DNA of 64,000 nt, taken from positions 566,222 to 630,221 of the forward strand of contig CBDFKF010000003.1 of the NCBI GenBank assembly GCA_965248765.1, written 5' to 3'. The position numbers were made by a program, and so were the translations under genes. This DNA is from Alphaproteobacteria bacterium (lineage in GTDB: Bacteria > Pseudomonadota > Alphaproteobacteria > VGEJ01). Below, one piece after another: positions 45,305 through 54,872 of the stretch (position 1 is its first letter; each line of letters starts with the position of its first letter). A model generated the notes under the pieces. That model worked only from the letters and a program-made list of their open reading frames with translations, made no database searches and was not told where the DNA came from.

Positions 45305-46042
45305 ATGGGCGTGCTCAAGCGGATCGGCCGCGACGCCCGAGTCCGCCGCGTCGCCAGTAGGTTTGTATCGATCTACATCCGCCTGGTGCGCCACAGCGGC
45401 CGTTGGACCGAGCAAGGAGGGGAGATACCCGGGGCGTTCTGGGACCGCGGCGAGCCCTTCATTCTCGCGTTCTGGCACGGTCGGCTGATGATGATGCCGT
45501 GTTGCTGGCGGCCCGGCGTGGCGATGAGCATGTTGACTTCCCAGCATCGCGACGGGGATTTGATCGCCGAGATCATCGCTCATTTCGGCTTGGGCACCGT
45601 GCGCGGGTCGTCAACCCGAAGCGGGGCGTCAGCGGTGCGCGCGATGGTGCGCGCTCTGCGCGCCGGTCAATGCGTAGGCATTACGCCGGACGCTCCACGT
45701 GGCCCGTACATGCGAGCAAGCGATGGCATCATTGCGGTGGCCCGCCTGTCTGGCGCCGCCATTATCCCTGCCACGTATGGGATCGCCCGCTGGCAGGTTC
45801 TTTCAACGTGGGACCGGTTCACCGTGCCGGCGCCGTTCAGCCGAGGAGTCTTCCTCTGGGGGAAGCCTCTCCACGTCGCCAAGGACGCAGAAGTGGATGC
45901 CGCGCGCAACGACCTCGAGACGCGCCTCAATGCGCTGTGCGCCGAGGCCGATGGGCTGTGCGGCCGAGATCCGGTTCTGCCCGCAGCCGCTGATGGCGGC
46001 TTCGTCGTCGAGGGAGTCGGCCGCGCCCGACCTGCGCCGTAG
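45305..46042 (+). CDS. DUF374 / lysophospholipid acyltransferase-like protein
   Basis: ILAFWHGRLMMMP, SQHRDGDLIAEI and GITPDAPRGP are hallmark DUF374 segments. This gene is conserved as a neighbour of waaA. Confidence 0.75.
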   Translation: MGVLKRIGRDARVRRVASRFVSIYIRLVRHSGRWTEQGGEIPGAFWDRGEPFILAFWHGRLMMMPCCWRPGVAMSMLTSQHRDGDLIAEIIAHFGLGTVRGSSTRSGASAVRAMVRALRAGQCVGITPDAPRGPYMRASDGIIAVARLSGAAIIPATYGIARWQVLSTWDRFTVPAPFSRGVFLWGKPLHVAKDAEVDAARNDLETRLNALCAEADGLCGRDPVLPAAADGGFVVEGVGRARPAP

Positions 46043-46047
46043 GTATC

Positions 46048-47340
46048 ATGGTCGGCCTAGCCTCTTATCGTACGCTGACCACGGTCGCGGCGCCATTGAT
46101 CGGCCTCTACCTGCGTAGGCGCCTCGGCCAGGGAAAAGAAGATGGGGAGCGCTTTGGCGAGCGCCTCGGCCACCCGGGGCGCCCGCGCCCTTCGGGGCCG
46201 TTGGTCTGGGTCCACGCCGCCAGCGTCGGCGAAGCAACTTCGGCCCTGCCGCTGATCGAGCGAATCATGGCGGAGCTGCCATCTGGCCACGTGCTGATCA
46301 CGACTGGCACCGTCACATCCGCGCGCGTGATGGAAGAGCGCCTGTCGAGAGGCGCCTTCCATCAATATGTCCCGGCAGACCGCCCCGATGCGGTGCGGCG
46401 GTTTATCGAGCATTGGCGGCCCGATCTCGCGCTGTGGGTCGAGTCCGAGCTGTGGCCCAATTTGATCACCGAGACCGCGGCTCGGCTGCCGTTGGTCCTT
46501 GTCAACGGCCGCATGTCCGAGCGCTCCTACCAACGTTGGCAGCGCTTCCCGGCCATGGCCGCGGAGGTCTTGGCCGCCTTCTCGCTGTGCCTTGCGCAGA
46601 ACGAGGCCGAGGCAGAGCGTCTGCGCGCACTTGGCGGGCGTGATGTTCGCTGCGCCGGGAACCTGAAGGAAGCGGCAGGCCCGCTGCCGGTGGATGCGGC
46701 TGACCTTGCCCGATTGCGCGCGCGTGTCGGTGATCGGCCGGTGTGGCTGGCGGCGAGCACCCATGCCGGCGAAGAGGCAATCGCTGTCAACGTGCACCGG
46801 AGCTTGCGCAGCGCCCACCCCGGTCTTCTCACCATCATCGTCCCGCGCCACGCCATCCGTGGATCGATGGTCGCCGACAAGCTGCGTTCAGACGATCTCC
46901 GGGTTGCCAACCGTAGCAGCGATGACGACGTCGATGTTGATACCGACATCTACGTCGCCGACACGATGGGCGAGCTCGGGCTGTTCTATCGGCTCGCGCC
47001 GATCGCCTTCGTCGGCGGCTCGCTGGTACAACGCGGCGGTCAGAACCCACTCGAGCCAGCGCGGCTCGACTGCGCCATCCTCTACGGACAGCATATGGAG
47101 AACTTTGCAGACGCGACGCGGGCGCTGGAGGCGGCAGGCGCAGCGGTGCGCGTGGGCGATGCCGACGCGCTTCGTGCCGCGATCACCGGACTGCTCTCGG
47201 CGCCAGCCCTGTGTGCTGAGCGCGCCCGGGCAGCACGTCGTATCGTGGACGCGCGGGACGGTGTCCTCGATACGGTATTCGCCGAGGTCGCGCCGTTCTT
47301 GCCGAGAGGCAAAGCTGAACCTGCCGGTGCACGCACCTAA
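46048..47340 (+). CDS. waaA: 3-deoxy-D-manno-octulosonic acid (Kdo) transferase
   Basis: 430 aa with GPLVWVHAASVGEATSALPLIERI and a C-terminal GGSLVQRGGQNPLEPA. Confidence 0.85.
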   Translation: MVGLASYRTLTTVAAPLIGLYLRRRLGQGKEDGERFGERLGHPGRPRPSGPLVWVHAASVGEATSALPLIERIMAELPSGHVLITTGTVTSARVMEERLSRGAFHQYVPADRPDAVRRFIEHWRPDLALWVESELWPNLITETAARLPLVLVNGRMSERSYQRWQRFPAMAAEVLAAFSLCLAQNEAEAERLRALGGRDVRCAGNLKEAAGPLPVDAADLARLRARVGDRPVWLAASTHAGEEAIAVNVHRSLRSAHPGLLTIIVPRHAIRGSMVADKLRSDDLRVANRSSDDDVDVDTDIYVADTMGELGLFYRLAPIAFVGGSLVQRGGQNPLEPARLDCAILYGQHMENFADATRALEAAGAAVRVGDADALRAAITGLLSAPALCAERARAARRIVDARDGVLDTVFAEVAPFLPRGKAEPAGART

Positions 47341-48310
47341 GTTCTGGGACGCCGGCCACCGCGCCCTGCCGGCCGTCCTTAGCCCCCTAGCGCTCTGCTA
47401 TACGCTCGCGGGGCGCTGGCGGCGGCAGCTGACCTTGCCGCATGATCCCGGCGTGCCCGTTGTCTGTGTCGGCAACCTCGTCGCCGGCGGTGCGGGTAAG
47501 ACGCCGACTGCGCTGACGATCGGCGCCTGGCTCAAGTCGCAGGGTAGAGCAGTCCACTACTTGACCCGCGGCTACGGCGGTCGCCTCAAGGGACCTGTCC
47601 GAGTGCAGCCACACCGCCATGATGTGCGCGCCGTCGGCGACGAGGCGCTGTTGCTTGCGGCAAGCGCGGCCACCTGGGTGGCGCGTGATCGCACCGCCGG
47701 CGCGGACGCAGCAGTTGCTGATGGCGCCGACATCCTGGTGATGGACGATGGGCACCAGAACCCGACCTTACGCAAGCACCTCTCGATCCTTGTGTTCGAT
47801 GCCGGCGTCATGCTCGGCAACGGCCATGTGCTTCCCGCCGGGCCGTTGCGGGAACCGCCGATGGACGGCCTGGCACGGGCCGATGCCATTGTGGTCATCG
47901 ATGACCCGGGCCGGGCTCCGCCGGTCGATGGCCAACTCCCGGGTCCCGGGGCGTGCTTTCGCGCTCGCTTCGCGCCCACGCCCGAAGGCTACCGGCTGGC
48001 CGACGCGCCAATCGTCGCGTTTGCCGGCATCGCTCGCCCCGAAAAATTTTTCGCGACGCTCCAGGGCATCGGCGGACACCTCCTCGCCTGTCATCTTTAC
48101 GCCGACCACCACGTCTTCACCGAAGATGAGATCATGGCGCTCATCGAAGAGGCGCATGCCAAGGGCGCACGCCTAGTGACCACCACCAAGGACGCTGTCC
48201 GCCTACCGTCCGAGGCACGGCGCATGGTCGAGGTATTCGCCGTCGACCTCGAGTTTGACGCGGCTAACGCCCTCGATGAGCTGCTCGGGCCGCTGCTTGC
48301 GCGTGAGTAA
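47327..48310 (+). CDS. lpxK: Tetraacyldisaccharide 4'-kinase
   Basis: GTG 47327 gives VHAPKFWDAGHRALPAVLSPL..., P-loop VVCVGNLVAGGAGKTPT, GDEALLLA and MDDGHQN. The N-terminal 211 codons of ORF 46694..48310 merely overlap waaA. Confidence 0.8.
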   Translation: MHAPKFWDAGHRALPAVLSPLALCYTLAGRWRRQLTLPHDPGVPVVCVGNLVAGGAGKTPTALTIGAWLKSQGRAVHYLTRGYGGRLKGPVRVQPHRHDVRAVGDEALLLAASAATWVARDRTAGADAAVADGADILVMDDGHQNPTLRKHLSILVFDAGVMLGNGHVLPAGPLREPPMDGLARADAIVVIDDPGRAPPVDGQLPGPGACFRARFAPTPEGYRLADAPIVAFAGIARPEKFFATLQGIGGHLLACHLYADHHVFTEDEIMALIEEAHAKGARLVTTTKDAVRLPSEARRMVEVFAVDLEFDAANALDELLGPLLARE

Positions 48311-49202
48311 ATGGGGGACACAGGTCGCGCGCTACCGCCGCGGCCTCGAGACGCTGGTCGTTCGCATCGCCTTCGGCGGGTTTGGTTTCTTGCCATTGGA
48401 TTCAGCTTCGGGCCTCGGCGCCTCGATTGGTCGCGCAATCGGCCCGCGCCTCGGCGTGAGCGCCCGGGCGGGCCGCAACCTCGAGCTTGCCTTTCCCGAC
48501 AAACCGCCGGCCGAGATAACGGACATCATACGAGGCATGTGGGCGCATCTCGGCCGAATGGCCGGGGAGTACCCACACCTCAGCGAGTTCGATTGCTATG
48601 GCGCGGGCGGCCGCGTTGAGGTCGTCGGGACGGAGAACATCGATGCCCTCCGGGATGATGGTATCGGCACCATTTTTTTCTCCGCCCATCTCGGCAACTG
48701 GGAGATCGCCTCGCTCGGCGCTACCCAGCGCGGGCTGCCAGTCCACCAGATCTACCGTGCTGCTAACAATGCCGCCGTCGGGCGACTAATCATGAAGGCG
48801 CGGGCTCCGGTCGGCGACGCCCATTACGCTAAGGGCCGGCAGGGCGCTCGCGAGATGGCGGCGGCGCTCGCTCGCGGCGAGCATCTCGCCATGCTCGTCG
48901 ATCAGAAGCTCAACGAGGGGATCGCCGTCCCGTTCTTCGGCCGCGACGCGATGACCGCACCAGCACTCGCCACGCTTGCGCTACGCCACCGCTGTCCGGT
49001 GGTGCCGGTGCGGGTCGAGCGCCTGAACGGAGCCAATTTTCGGCTGACCTTCTACGCGCCGCTAGCACTCCCGGACAGCGGCGACCGCAAGGCCGACCGG
49101 GGCGCGCTGATGGCGCAAGTGAATATCATCATCGAGGGGTGGATTCGCGAGCGCCCGGAGCAGTGGTTGTGGCTGCACCGCCGCTGGCCGGGCTCGGGGT
49201 AG
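48303..49202 (+). CDS. Lipid A biosynthesis lauroyl/myristoyl acyltransferase (LpxL/HtrB family)
   Basis: YRRGLETLVVRIAF..., catalytic SAHLGNWE, VDQK and WLWLHRRW. The proposed start is GTG 48303, overlapping the lpxK stop, but the start is uncertain. Confidence 0.75.
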   Translation: MSKWGTQVARYRRGLETLVVRIAFGGFGFLPLDSASGLGASIGRAIGPRLGVSARAGRNLELAFPDKPPAEITDIIRGMWAHLGRMAGEYPHLSEFDCYGAGGRVEVVGTENIDALRDDGIGTIFFSAHLGNWEIASLGATQRGLPVHQIYRAANNAAVGRLIMKARAPVGDAHYAKGRQGAREMAAALARGEHLAMLVDQKLNEGIAVPFFGRDAMTAPALATLALRHRCPVVPVRVERLNGANFRLTFYAPLALPDSGDRKADRGALMAQVNIIIEGWIRERPEQWLWLHRRWPGSG

Positions 49203-49212
49203 GCCCGCTCTC

Positions 49213-49419
49213 CTACTCGGCCAGTTGCTCGTGCTGCTCGAGCCCGGCTCTAGCCGAGGCGTACGGCTCTTGCCGTTCGACGCTCCAGTAGCGCAGATCC
49301 TCGAGCAGAATGCGTCGGCCCGTCACCGCACAGATCACGTGCGTGCCCGGCCGGATCACCTCGTAGGTGCCGGGCCCGTATCTGAGCTTCGCTTCGCCGC
49401 TCGCATCTTGCCCGTACAT
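49213..49419 (-). CDS. DUF2093 domain protein
   Basis: 68 aa. EAKLRYGPGTYEVIRPGTHVICAVTGRRILLEDLRYWSVERQEPYASA matches my recollection of the alphaproteobacterial DUF2093 pattern. Confidence 0.6.
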   Translation of the reverse strand: MYGQDASGEAKLRYGPGTYEVIRPGTHVICAVTGRRILLEDLRYWSVERQEPYASARAGLEQHEQLAE

Positions 49420-49504
49420 GCCAAGCTTCCTCCTCCGCCAGTCAGTCCATTATGGGGGTGGCGCACTGGCGCGGCCAACCCCTCTTCGCCCGCCGGCACA
49501 GGTC

Positions 49505-50131
49505 TCAGTAGGTACGGCCGAGGACTCGCGCGACGCTCGCGAATCGCTCTCGCATGATCTTTTGGTCCTCTGGCGATAGGTAAGGCCACACCGCATCAAG
49601 GTTCGGCTGAACACGATCGACGCCGGCGAGATACGCGAGGCCGTAGTACTCGTACGCCCGCCGGTAGTTGGGCGTGACCCCCCAGCCGGTGCTAAAGGCG
49701 AAGCCAAGCATCTCCATCGCGACAGTATCGCCGTCCTCGAACGCGCGGACGTGCATGGTCAGGATTTCCTTCTCGTACGGCGGCCGCTGCTTGAGAGTCT
49801 CGAGGAGTGCGTTCCACACGCTGTGCTGGATGTGCCAGTACTTGGGCTTCCAACGCGGCCGCGGGATCTCGTCCGGACGGAGGATGGGGTAGTCAGGATC
49901 GACGTTCGGCCGGCCGCGCCATTCCGCGCACCAGACCGGCGGCGGCAGCTGTAGACAGAAGTAATGCTGCAGCTCGGGCTCGAGCGTGCGCCATTCGACG
50001 TCCTGCGCCGAGGGCTAAGCTGGGCTGGGCGCCTCATCCGGCGTCGCTGGCTCCGCCTCCTGCGCCACGCTTGAGCCGGCGAGGACCAGGGAGGCGGCGA
50101 CCAGCACCGCCAGTGGCCAAGCCGCCTTCAC
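49505..50131 (-). pseudogene. Secreted SEL1-like repeat protein with an in-frame TAG after the signal peptide
   Basis: GTG 50131-50129 overlaps the xseA stop (GTGA). VKAAWPLAVLVAASLVLAGSSVAQEAEPATPDEAPSPA is followed by TAG at 50015-50017. The same frame continues PSAQDVEWRTLEPELQHYF...KYWHIQHS into ORF 49505..49819, which contains AMEMLGFAFSTGWGVTPNYRRAYEYYGLAYLAG (SEL1-like). Confidence 0.55.
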
Positions 50132-51567
50132 AACAACTTACCCTGACGTTCGCTGTCCGCCGGCACGCGCGCCCGCGGCCGGCGCGGCCTCGTCGGCTTG
50201 CCGTGGGCAACGGCGTGGGCATCGCCGTCCGCGAACTGGAGGGAGAGAACCGCGCCCGGCTTGACGGCGCTCGCCCGCGTGAGCGGTCGGTCGCGGCCGT
50301 CTCGGACCACCGCGAAGCCCCGGTCGAGGACGTTGTGATAGCTCAAGCTCTCGAGCAGCTTGGCCTGGGTGCCCAACTGCTCGCCGGCGTGGCGGACGAA
50401 CATCGCCATCTCGCGCCCCAGCTGCCGAGCGAGGCCGCGCGTGTGCTCGCTGTGCCGCGCGATGTCCACGCCCGGGTGGTGGAGGCGCAAGCCGACACGG
50501 AGCGCACCCAGCCCGTCGGCACGCCGCTCGATGCCCCGCGACAGCGAGCGCGACAAACGATCAGCCAGATCGTCGAGTCGCTGGGCTGCGGCCTGCAACA
50601 GCTCGCGGGGATCATGCAGGCCGCGCGCCGCTGCTTGGACGTCGGTGCGGGCGGCTTGCAGGCGTCGACCGACGGCACCGACCAACCGCCGCCGATAGTC
50701 GGCGGTGAGATAGCGCAGGTCGTTGAGCGGCGGCACCGCCATCTCGGCTGCGGCGCTGGGCGTTGGTGCGCGACGATCGGCGGCAAAATCGATCAGCGTC
50801 GTGTCGGTCTCGTGACCGACCGCTGAGATCAGCGGGATGCCGCTGGCCGCCGCCGCCCGCACCACCACATCCTCGTTGAAAGCCCAGAGATCCTCGATGC
50901 TACCCCCGCCACGCGCCACGATCAGAAGATCGGGTCGTGGTACCAGGCCGTTCGCTGGAAGGCGGTTGAGCCCCGCGATGGCTGCCGCGATTTCCTCGGC
51001 TGCGCCCTCGCCCTGAACCCTCACCGGCCATAACAGCACCCGACGCGGGAACCGGTCGCGCAAGCGATGCAGAATGTCTCGTATGACCGCGCCAGTTTCT
51101 GAAGTGACGACCCCGATGGTCTCCGGCAAGTACGGCAACGGCCGCTTCCGTGCCTCATCGAACAAACCCTCGGCGGCAAGCGTACGACGCCGCGCCTCCA
51201 GCAGGGCCATGAGCGCGCCGATGCCAGCCGGCTCCATATGGTCGATGACGATCTGATAGCGCGAGCGGCCGGGATACGTCGTCAGCCGACCCGTGCAGAT
51301 CACTTCGATCCCGTCGGCTGGCTCGAAGGAAAGACGCTCGGCGGTATTCCGCCAACATACGCCGTCGAGCACGGCGTCCTGGTCCTTGAGGCTGAGATAG
51401 AGATGGCCAGAGGCAGCGCGCTTGGTCCCTGAGACCTCGCCTCGCACCCGGACCCGTCCGAAGTGCTCCTCGACCGCGCGCTTCAGCACGAGAGACAGCT
51501 CGCTCACCGAATAAACGGGTGCGTTGTCTGTAGCCGTAGTGGCGGCGCGCGGAAAGGTTTCGGTCAT
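50128..51567 (-). CDS. xseA: Exodeoxyribonuclease VII large subunit
   Basis: ATG 51567 gives MTETFPRAATTATDNAPVYSVSELSLVLKRAVEEHFGRVRVRGEVSG (OB fold), then IGVVTSETGAVIRD and ARGGGSIEDLWAFN. Confidence 0.85.
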   Translation of the reverse strand: MTETFPRAATTATDNAPVYSVSELSLVLKRAVEEHFGRVRVRGEVSGTKRAASGHLYLSLKDQDAVLDGVCWRNTAERLSFEPADGIEVICTGRLTTYPGRSRYQIVIDHMEPAGIGALMALLEARRRTLAAEGLFDEARKRPLPYLPETIGVVTSETGAVIRDILHRLRDRFPRRVLLWPVRVQGEGAAEEIAAAIAGLNRLPANGLVPRPDLLIVARGGGSIEDLWAFNEDVVVRAAAASGIPLISAVGHETDTTLIDFAADRRAPTPSAAAEMAVPPLNDLRYLTADYRRRLVGAVGRRLQAARTDVQAAARGLHDPRELLQAAAQRLDDLADRLSRSLSRGIERRADGLGALRVGLRLHHPGVDIARHSEHTRGLARQLGREMAMFVRHAGEQLGTQAKLLESLSYHNVLDRGFAVVRDGRDRPLTRASAVKPGAVLSLQFADGDAHAVAHGKPTRPRRPRARVPADSERQGKLL

Positions 51568-51629
51568 GTCCGTGCGGGCAGTGCCGTCCTTGTATGATAC
51601 AAGACTACGCTTGCGGCGGGGGACCGTGC

Positions 51630-52904
51630 ATGAACGTCTTGGTGGTGGGCTCGGGCGGGCGAGAACACGCCTTGTGCTGGGCAATTTCGGCGTCCTCGCT
51701 GATCGACACGATCTACTGCGCGCCGGGCAACGGCGGGATCGCCGATGTGGCGACCTGCGTCGACATCGAGGCCGGCGACGCGGAGGGGATGACCGGGTTG
51801 TGCCGCTCCGAATCCATCGACTTTGCGGTGATAGGGCCCGAGACGCCTCTGGTGGACGGTCTTGTCGATCGCCTGGAGGCGGCAGGTGTCAAGGCTTTCG
51901 GCCCCGACCGGCGGGCCGCTGTTCTCGAGGGCTCCAAGGGCTTCACCAAGGACTTCTGTGCACGCCATGGCATACCGACGCCCGCGTACCAGCGTTTCGA
52001 GTCAACAGGACCCGCAAAGGCCTATATCGAGACCAAGGGGGCGCCGATCGTCGTCAAGGCGGATGGGCTTGCCGCGGGCAAGGGCGTCATCGTCGCGGTG
52101 ACGATCGACGAAGCCCATCGAGCGGTCGATGAGATCTTCGGCGGCGCCTTCGGCGAGGCCGGCGCCGAGATCGTGATCGAGGAATACCTCGACGGCGAAG
52201 AGGCAAGTCTGATGGCGCTGGTGGACGGCACCGTCGCGCTGCCGCTGGCCGCCGCCCAGGACCATAAGCCGGTCGGCGAGGGCGACACCGGTCCCAACAC
52301 CGGCGGGATGGGCGCCTATTCGCCGGCGCCCGTGCTCTCCGAGCCAGTATGCGCGGCGGTTATGCAGCGCATCATCCAGCCGACGGTGACCGGTATGGCG
52401 GCTGAGGGGCGCCCTTTCCGAGGTCTCCTGTACGCCGGGCTGATGGTCACCCAGGGCGGGCCGCAACTCCTCGAGTTCAACGTGCGCTTCGGTGATCCCG
52501 AGTGCCAGGCCGTGGTGCCCAGGCTGCGCTCGGACCTTCTCCCGGCGCTGGTTGCTACCCGCGACGGCCAGCTAGGGCACTTCGACTTGCGTTGGCGCGA
52601 TGAAGCCTGCGTCTGCGTTGTGATGGCATCGCGTGGCTACCCGGGCGCCTACGAGACGGGCAGCACTATCGCGAATATTGGTACCGCGGGCGAGCTGCCG
52701 GGTATCACGGTGTTCCACGCTGGGACGGCCCGCAATGGCAGCGGGATCGTCGCCGCCGGCGGGCGCGTGCTCGGCGTGACCGCGCTCGGCGCCGACATCG
52801 CGGCAGCGCGCGATCGCGCCTACGAGGCGGTCGATGTCATCGACTGGCCAGCGGGCTTCTGCCGTCGCGATATCGGCTGGCGCGCCCTCGCTCGCGCCGA
52901 TTAG
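51630..52904 (+). CDS. purD: Phosphoribosylamine--glycine ligase
   Basis: MNVLVVGSGGREHALCWAI, PIVVKADGLAAGKGV, EEYLDGEEAS and EFNVRFGDPE. Confidence 0.9.
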   Translation: MNVLVVGSGGREHALCWAISASSLIDTIYCAPGNGGIADVATCVDIEAGDAEGMTGLCRSESIDFAVIGPETPLVDGLVDRLEAAGVKAFGPDRRAAVLEGSKGFTKDFCARHGIPTPAYQRFESTGPAKAYIETKGAPIVVKADGLAAGKGVIVAVTIDEAHRAVDEIFGGAFGEAGAEIVIEEYLDGEEASLMALVDGTVALPLAAAQDHKPVGEGDTGPNTGGMGAYSPAPVLSEPVCAAVMQRIIQPTVTGMAAEGRPFRGLLYAGLMVTQGGPQLLEFNVRFGDPECQAVVPRLRSDLLPALVATRDGQLGHFDLRWRDEACVCVVMASRGYPGAYETGSTIANIGTAGELPGITVFHAGTARNGSGIVAAGGRVLGVTALGADIAAARDRAYEAVDVIDWPAGFCRRDIGWRALARAD

Positions 52905-53359
52905 CGACGGGCAGCGAAGAAATCGCGCAGGAGCATTTGGGCGGCGCTCTCGTTGAGTCCGCCATAGACCTCGGGACGATGGTTGCAGGTCGGCTGGTGG
53001 AACAGGCGTGGCCCGTGCTCGACGCCGCCCCCTTTGGCATCGTACGCGGCGAAGTAGAGCCTGCGGATGCGCGCCAGCACGATCGCTTGCGCGCACATGG
53101 GGCACGGCTCCATCGACACGTACAGATCGCAACCGCGCAGCCGGGGCGACCCGATCCGCGTGGCAGCTGCGCGGATCGCCAGCACTTCAGCGTGGGCCGT
53201 TGGGTCGCTGTCGGCGATAACGCGGTTGCCCGCGGTCGCCAGAACGGTGTCGTGTTCCGCATCGACGACTACCGCGCCGACCGGCACCTCGCCCTGATCG
53301 GCGGCCTCGCGCGCCGCCGCGAGCGCACGCGCCATGAAAGGATTCCCAGCTTGGCCCAT
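52901..53359 (-). CDS. tadA: tRNA adenosine(34) deaminase
   Basis: 152 aa with the CDA-fold motifs HAEVLAIR and PCPMCAQAI. Confidence 0.85.
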   Translation of the reverse strand: MGQAGNPFMARALAAAREAADQGEVPVGAVVVDAEHDTVLATAGNRVIADSDPTAHAEVLAIRAAATRIGSPRLRGCDLYVSMEPCPMCAQAIVLARIRRLYFAAYDAKGGGVEHGPRLFHQPTCNHRPEVYGGLNESAAQMLLRDFFAARR

Positions 53360-53562
53360 CGCCCGAGACTCGATCCGCGCCTACATCTCGTCAAGCGCGC
53401 ATACCACGGTATGCGACGGTCAGGCCTCACTGGATGCGCTGACTCCTGCGAAGGCGGTGCCGTGTGACCCACCTCGGCCTAGCGAAACCGCTGAGCCGTC
53501 CAGCGCCGACCGCTGCTCTAGCGGCGTTGTCGAAGGTATCACGACGCCCCTAGACTGCCCGC

Positions 53563-54348
53563 ATGGGCGAGCGTGTTGCGAAACGCTTGGCGCGGGTCGG
53601 TCTCTGCTCGCGCCGCGAGGCCGAGCGCTGGATAGCCGCTGGCCGCGTATCGCTCGACGGTATCGTGCTAACGACACCCGCCACCGTTGTCGGGCCAGCG
53701 AGCGAGCTGCGGGTCGATGGCGAGATCGTCGCGCTCCCGGCACCCCGCCGCCTGTGGCGTTACCACAAACCGCCCGGGTTGCTCACGACGCGGCGTGATC
53801 CTCGTGGGCGAGCCACCGTATTCGACAACCTGCCAGCCGACATGCCACGTGTGGTCAGCGTCGGCCGACTCGACCTGGCGAGCGAGGGGCTGCTTCTCCT
53901 GACGAATGACGGCACTCTGGCCCAGCGCTTCGCTCATCCGCGGCACGCAGTGGTCCGGCGCTACCGCGTCAGAGTGCATGGTCGAGTCGATTTGGAGGCG
54001 CTGGCCGACCTGCGGCACGGCATCCATATCGGGCGCATCGCCTACGGTTCGATCGACGCGGCCGTCGTGCGCGCGGGTTCCAGCAACGCCTGGCTGGAGA
54101 TCGCCCTGAGAGAAGGCAAGAAACGCGAAATCCGGCGCGTACTCGGCCATCTCGGGCTGGAGGTCAACCGGCTGATCCGCACGGCGTACGGACCGTTCAC
54201 GCTCGGCCGTCTTCCCCGCGGCGCCGCCACGGTGGTTCCTGAACCGACGCTCGCAGCGGCGCTAGATGCTGTGGCGGCCGCGTCGCCTGAGCCGAGTCAA
54301 TCAATCCCATGCGCATCGTCGGCGGCAACCTCAAGGGACGACGGCTGA
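53563..54348 (+). CDS. Pseudouridine synthase, RsuA/RluB family
   Basis: S4 domain [30 protein letters not shown], catalytic [21 protein letters not shown], and KREIRR. Confidence 0.8.
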   Translation: MGERVAKRLARVGLCSRREAERWIAAGRVSLDGIVLTTPATVVGPASELRVDGEIVALPAPRRLWRYHKPPGLLTTRRDPRGRATVFDNLPADMPRVVSVGRLDLASEGLLLLTNDGTLAQRFAHPRHAVVRRYRVRVHGRVDLEALADLRHGIHIGRIAYGSIDAAVVRAGSSNAWLEIALREGKKREIRRVLGHLGLEVNRLIRTAYGPFTLGRLPRGAATVVPEPTLAAALDAVAAASPEPSQSIPCASSAATSRDDG

Positions 54349-54872
54349 CCGCGCCGAGCGGGCGGCTTGTGCGGCCGACCGGCGACCGCGTGCGCGAGGC
54401 TCTTTTCAACGCCCTCTCCCACGCGGCATGGACGCCGCCCGACGGCTTTGACGAGGCCGAGATCGTCGATGTCTTCGCTGGCAGCGGCGCCCTTGGGTTC
54501 GAGGCCCTGTCCCGCGGTGCGCGGGATGCCGTGTTCATCGAGCGCGCGGCCGGCGCGCGGGCGGCGATCCAGACCAACGCGGCAGCGCTAGGAGTCGCCG
54601 ATCGCGTGCGCATCCTCAACCGCACCGGCGATCAGCCGGGGCCGGCGCCCAAGCCCTGTCGATTCGCATTCCTCGACCCTCCCTATGGCCGTGGCCTCGC
54701 CGGCCCGGCCCTCGCCGCGCTGCGTGCGAACGGTTGGCTTGAGGCCGGCGCCGCCGTGATCGTCGAGCTCGCCAACAATGAAGACCTTGCACCGCCGCCA
54801 GGCTTTGAGACCGTGGACCGGCGCCGCTACGGCGGCGCACGAGTCGTCTTTCTTATCAACCTCCCTGCTTAA
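54309..54872 (+). CDS. rsmD: 16S rRNA (guanine966-N2)-methyltransferase
   Basis: [52 protein letters not shown] and FLDPPYG. Confidence 0.85.
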   Translation: MRIVGGNLKGRRLTAPSGRLVRPTGDRVREALFNALSHAAWTPPDGFDEAEIVDVFAGSGALGFEALSRGARDAVFIERAAGARAAIQTNAAALGVADRVRILNRTGDQPGPAPKPCRFAFLDPPYGRGLAGPALAALRANGWLEAGAAVIVELANNEDLAPPPGFETVDRRRYGGARVVFLINLPA

